Assembly (NCBI RefSeq): GCF_009914755.1
Contig: NC_060926.1
Direction: 5' to 3' (one strand)
Length of the DNA stretch: 64,000 nt
From: the human T2T-CHM13v2.0 reference genome, Homo sapiens
A program made the translations under genes and the position numbers. Below the pieces are notes generated by a model. It worked only from the letters and a program-made list of their open reading frames with translations, was not told where the DNA came from and made no database searches. Numbering within the stretch: position 1 is the first letter of the stretch; each line of letters starts with the position of its first letter. Below are positions 59,477 to 64,000 of this stretch, piece by piece.

Positions 59477-60665
59477 TCCATTTAATTACAAAGTAGGGCA
59501 GAGAAGCAGCAATAAATGACCATAGATAGTATCTACTAAAGGAAACTGTGATAACAAAAATAGTTCTGTTTCCTCATGAACAACAGTGCTATCTCCTTCT
59601 GATGATCAAGGTTTGTTATCACTGGAGGTAACTCCCTTTCTTGCCTGCTGGTCTTTTGGCACCAGGAGCCCTCTGTGATTAGGAGACAGCTATGGCTGGA
59701 AGTTTAATGAGACTCTTTCTGTGTGCCCTGCAGAAGCTTTCCCCTGAAAACACATAGAGCCCAGAGCAGCGAGTACAGAGAGGACACATTTCCCAAATGG
59801 TCACTGGAAGTAATGATAAGTGAGGCTACACTCACTTTCACCACTTCTTTCAAGGCTTATGTTTCCTACCTATGGGGGACATGCACCCTACAATGGCCAG
59901 GGTCCTGTAGAAAGGCAGCCAGTTGTCACAGTTTCTTCTCCAAGGTGATAGCTCAGTTGTGCCTTCAAAAAGCCATTCTTTTGCTCTGCCAGGCCTATGG
60001 CTTCTAGATGGTGCTGTATGTGATGAAAATTTTAGATCCTGTGGGCATATGCATACCTCTTTGCTGTGTAGTAGATTCCTTGGTTACATGTGTTGTTAGG
60101 CAAGATTTCATGTTAGTGAAGTTAACACTGTAAATCCTCAGAGAGTGGTACTGAATGACGGGAAATGCAAATGGATACCTAGAATATGTGTTGAATCCAG
60201 ATAAGTGGCTAATCTTTTCAGAGTAAAAGGTTCTCAATGTAATCAACTTGTCACCAAGTGGCTGGTTGCTCTCCTTGAAAAATGTAGCCATATCAGGAAC
60301 TCTGCATAGATCTCTGTTGTTAGCAGGTTGAGCATTCAGTGGCAGCAGTAGCTAAGCCAAAAGAGTCTATGCTATTTTGCTATATACGGCTTCCATCCCT
60401 TACCACGGTTACTGCAATCATTCATCCATGTGCCAACCCTAGAGCAGCAATGACACAGGTTGGCAAAAATCAACTGGCTAAAACAATGTTTCTAGATGAT
60501 TGTTTGATAACCCTTCTAAAGCTCTTTCCTGGGTATATGAATGCAAAATAAAACTCTTTACAATTGGTGCTCATTTGCAAAGGTCCATCCACATGACTGT
60601 TTCCCAGACCCCAGACCTCCTTGTCCCTGATCTTTCAATCTCTTTCTTTATAGGACCTTAGAAGA

Positions 60666-61055
60666 TGTTACAGGCTGAATTGCATTCCCCAAATTTATAT
60701 GTTGAAGTCCCAGCCCTTAGTACCTACGAATGGGACTATATTTGAAGATAGGGTCTTTAAGAGTTGATTGAGGTAAAACAAAGCTGTTAGGGTGGGTCCT
60801 ACTTCAATCTGACTAGAGTCCTTATAAGAAGAAATTGGGACACACAGAAATACCAGGGATGTGCATGCACAAAAGCACAACCATGTGATGAGCAGCAAGA
60901 GGGAGATTATCCACCAGCCCAGGAAAGAGGTCTCAGGAGAAATCATCTCTGCTGGCACCTTGATCTTAGACCCTTCCAGAACTGTGAGAAAATTCTTTTG
61001 TTTAAGCCACCTAGTTTGTGGTATTTTGTTATGGCAACCCAAGCAGACTAAGAAA
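60666..61055 (+). mobile_element. MLT1B MaLR solo LTR
   Basis: tgttacaggctgaattg...atatgttgaagtcc...gtggtattttgttatggcaacccaagcagactaa. Imperfect TSD gaaga/gaagc. Confidence 0.9.
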
Positions 61056-61066
61056 GAAGCTCTTTA

Positions 61067-61236
61067 GAGAGGAAATCTGGATAGGGCCCCTTGACTTCCA
61101 CCACAGTCCCTCCTGTGCTGCTGGGATCCTCTTGCTTTGATAATCTCACTCCATCTGATCCCATAGTAGAAAAAGAAGTTCAGGGGGCAAAATAGAGTGC
61201 GTCTAACAGTCAATGTTCTTACGGCCACAACTGGTA
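61067..61236 (+). repeat. 170-bp dispersed direct repeat, copy 2
   Basis: 168/170 identical to 59122-59291. Confidence 0.97.
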
Positions 61237-62568
61237 TTCCCAGGCCATTCAGAATACTGCCCATATATGCCCCAATCCATTCACAGGTTACTTGTCTTTC
61301 CAAACTAAGTGATCAGATGCCTCACCCAGAGCTAGGTCAAAGGGAAGACTTCCTCTCACTATTGCTAGTCAGGGCCACTCCTGAACAGTTCTTTCTCACT
61401 TTGCACCCAATGTGCTGAACCAACACATTTATTAACCAAGCTTAGCATTTTTTCTTCTTCTATTGGTTTGTCATAAGGGATCCTCCATTCAGTCACAGCT
61501 ATGAACTGAAGTAGATGATTTGGAGGCAGATGTCCTGGGAGTCTGGGTACCTGCTACAGCTTACTGGCTTACTTGCCTCCTCTGGCCATGCGTATGCCAA
61601 TCCCAGATAAATCACTAAGTATATCATTAGATTGAACATACTTGCCATTTGCCATTATCCCCACATTGTTTCTTTTAATCTGGGGATTAAAGCCTATTGT
61701 CATGCAGAGATCTGCTCCAGCTCCCCTTCCTGCTCTGTATTCCACATAAAGCTTGCAGTCTTTCATGCAGCTTAGTGGGTGGGTGGAGGATTCTTAAGCA
61801 TAGAATATGTTGCCTTCAAAACTCAAAGCGGCCTACCAGATATTGTGTTTTCTTCTTCATAGTGGGAGGCATGGGATGAAATACTTTGTCCTTAATTTGG
61901 AGTGGATTTCCTGGCATGACCCAGACTGCTTGACCTTCAAAATCTTAACTGATTATTGAGACTCTGAGTCTTTGGAGAGTCTATTTTCTATTCTCTGCGT
62001 CGTACATGTCATATGAAAGTCTTTACTTGTTGCTTCTTGCCCATCCAGTACAATTAACATGATCTCGAACCTCAGTCCAACAGTCCTTGAAATGTCTGAG
62101 TATTGCTATCCCCCAGTGAATGGTTATCCAAATAAATAGCCATAGGTCCCAGTGATTGCTTATCCAAATAAAGAGCCATTCTCTTGAGGAAAGACTAGGG
62201 ATGTCATGATGATTCAGGGTCCTTCTACTGAAGGACTCTGCTGCTCTTTCAGTCAATGTGTTCTGGGTCTGAACACTGGTTCGGGTTCAGAGACTGAAGT
62301 AGGAATTATGACTTTTTATTGGGCTGGCTGCTCTCAATTTCTTCTTTAATACACTTGATTTCTTTTAAGTTTTCCATTAGTACCTTTGTTGATTGTCCAT
62401 GTGTCCATGCATCTTGCCCCTAGGAATGCTTTGTACCAAATATATCCATAGCTGTCTTTAGTTCAGCCCCCCTTGAATGCTACTCTAATATCTTTATTAT
62501 AATTGCACTCATTTTGTCTGATGCCTAAGCACTGGCACTTAGCCTCTGTTAGTTAATATACTATAATC

Positions 62569-62733
62569 CAATAGTTCCCAAACTCTGCCAATATTAGAAT
62601 CACTTGGTAAATTAAAAAAAAATCCTGATGCCCAGTTTGCAACCTGTCCCAATTAAACCACAATATTTGGATGGAAACCAGGCATCAATCATTTTTAATG
62701 ATGCCCAGGTGCAGCAAAGTTTGTAAACTCCTG
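62569..62733. mobile_element. MER5A hAT-Charlie element
   Basis: caatagttcccaaact...attagaatcact...gtgcagcaaagtttgtaaactcctg. Perfect 8-bp TSD ctataatc (62561-62568, 62734-62741). Confidence 0.88.
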
Positions 62734-64000
62734 CTATAATCCATACTGCTATTTGAAGCCCAGTTTTGTAACAGAATATCCTACTACCAGACACCAGTAA
62801 ACCTCTCCATGATGCTGGTATTCTGCTTACAAAAACATTGCTCATCCCTTTGGTAAGTAGTACGTCCTCCAGGTCCTCTGATGGAATGTATCCAGCTGAT
62901 TGGTTTTTCATGTCTTTCATAGACTATCTGCTTACCATGCCCATTTCTCCGAGTAATTTGATTGCTTGTTCTACCATCTACAACAGCTATTCTGAAATTT
63001 CTACTTTACTTAGTGTGAGCCATCCCTTCCTCCAAACTTCTAGGAGCTATATTCCAGCAGCATGTTATTCTAATTTTCTGAGGTCCTTGCTAGGGTGTTA
63101 AAACCTGTAGTAGAGAAAACTGTTCTCCAATGATAAAATCTCCTTCATTCAACTTAATGTTCTGCACCTTTCCCCCACATTGACTCAACACCTTCAGGAT
63201 CCAGTTCCATAGATACTTTTAGTTCCTACTAGTACACATTGGCTAGGTCCTGCAGCTCCTTCAACATATCATCCCTTTTCTCCCTTAGTGTGTCCGACAT
63301 TTCTCTAGCTTGGCTATATTGTGACATGATCCAAGTTACTGGTCTGGCAGCAGGGAGAAAAGAGGTGGGTAGATCCCAGTTGGGGAGGAGAAGGAGGGCT
63401 GTGTTGTCTTGCAAGGCAGAGGCCTCTGTATTGTTTTCAGCCACAGGGGAAGTGCTCAGCTTTGAAAGGGAAAAGTAAAACCACTTCTATATGTCCAAAA
63501 GGGTGAGGAGACTCTGGGATTTCAAGGCTCTTAAGTGCATGAATCAGACATTCCTATTGCAGTCTCAGGGCCCTAGCTCTTCCTAACCATTGCCCCTACT
63601 TTGGCCAGCAGACTGGCTGGAAATGAGAATTCAACCTTCCCAGTGCTCCACGATACTTAACTGAGCCATGAACCAAAGGCTCAGCTTGTTATGCCCTTCT
63701 GGAGATCAGAGTCTTTATATGTTGCCAAAAGGCCCTTTGATTTTCACACTTTGCTTTAAATTGCTGATTAATCATAAACAACTTTTATTTGCGTCTTTCT
63801 GATGTATAGATGGCATTCCACAAAAGTGTTCAGATTGTTTAGTAATTAAAGGACAAATGTGTCTTCATAATTATTACTTTCCTCAAATCTCTTCACATCT
63901 GCGATACTGCACCCACCAGCGCATTCTCTTTCAAAGGTGTCCCATCCCAACACCAGTGAAAGTTGTAGCAATTGTACTGCTAGAGTATGCTGTGGACTGA

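Larger units (their letters stand above)
59161..63995 (-). mobile_element. Degenerate ERVL-class internal region (ERV3-16A3/ERVL-like gag-pol)
   Basis: Minus ORF LREKRDDMLKELQDLANVY and following sequence resemble ERVL gag. Pol-like remnants at 59700-62200. Abuts the LTR16-like LTR. Confidence 0.65.

Noticed and set aside
59122-61236. 170-bp repeats as LTRs of a young 2.1-kb retroelement
   Set aside because: No TG/CA ends, PBS or TSD, and the interior is old ERVL plus MLT1B sequence.

Overview
This is primate genomic DNA, most likely human or another great ape. It is AT-rich and dominated by transposon fossils, consistent with a large intron or intergenic region. I can support no complete protein-coding gene, tRNA, rRNA or CRISPR array. 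The long ORFs in the track derive mostly from LINE-1, Alu or LTR/ERV sequence. Main content: a full-length but disabled L1PA2-like element (12566-18569, TSD-flanked), a twin-primed 5'-inverted L1PA4-like element (40932-43826), a 5'-truncated L1PA7/8-like element, an older minus-strand L1 with an ORF1 deletion, ten Alu-family elements, several MaLR/ERVL LTRs, an LTR16/ERVL provirus remnant, hAT DNA-transposon fossils, L2 and MIR, and a tailless U2 snRNA retrocopy. Less ordinary observations: a near-identical 170-bp dispersed duplication, a 50-bp dispersed duplication, three short tandem duplications, a hairpin+poly(T) inside an L2, a shared L1 breakpoint in two independent insertions, and candidate + strand exons that splice into one open frame. 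I found no clearly new biological system. Subfamily calls come from remembered consensus motifs and need RepeatMasker/Dfam confirmation.
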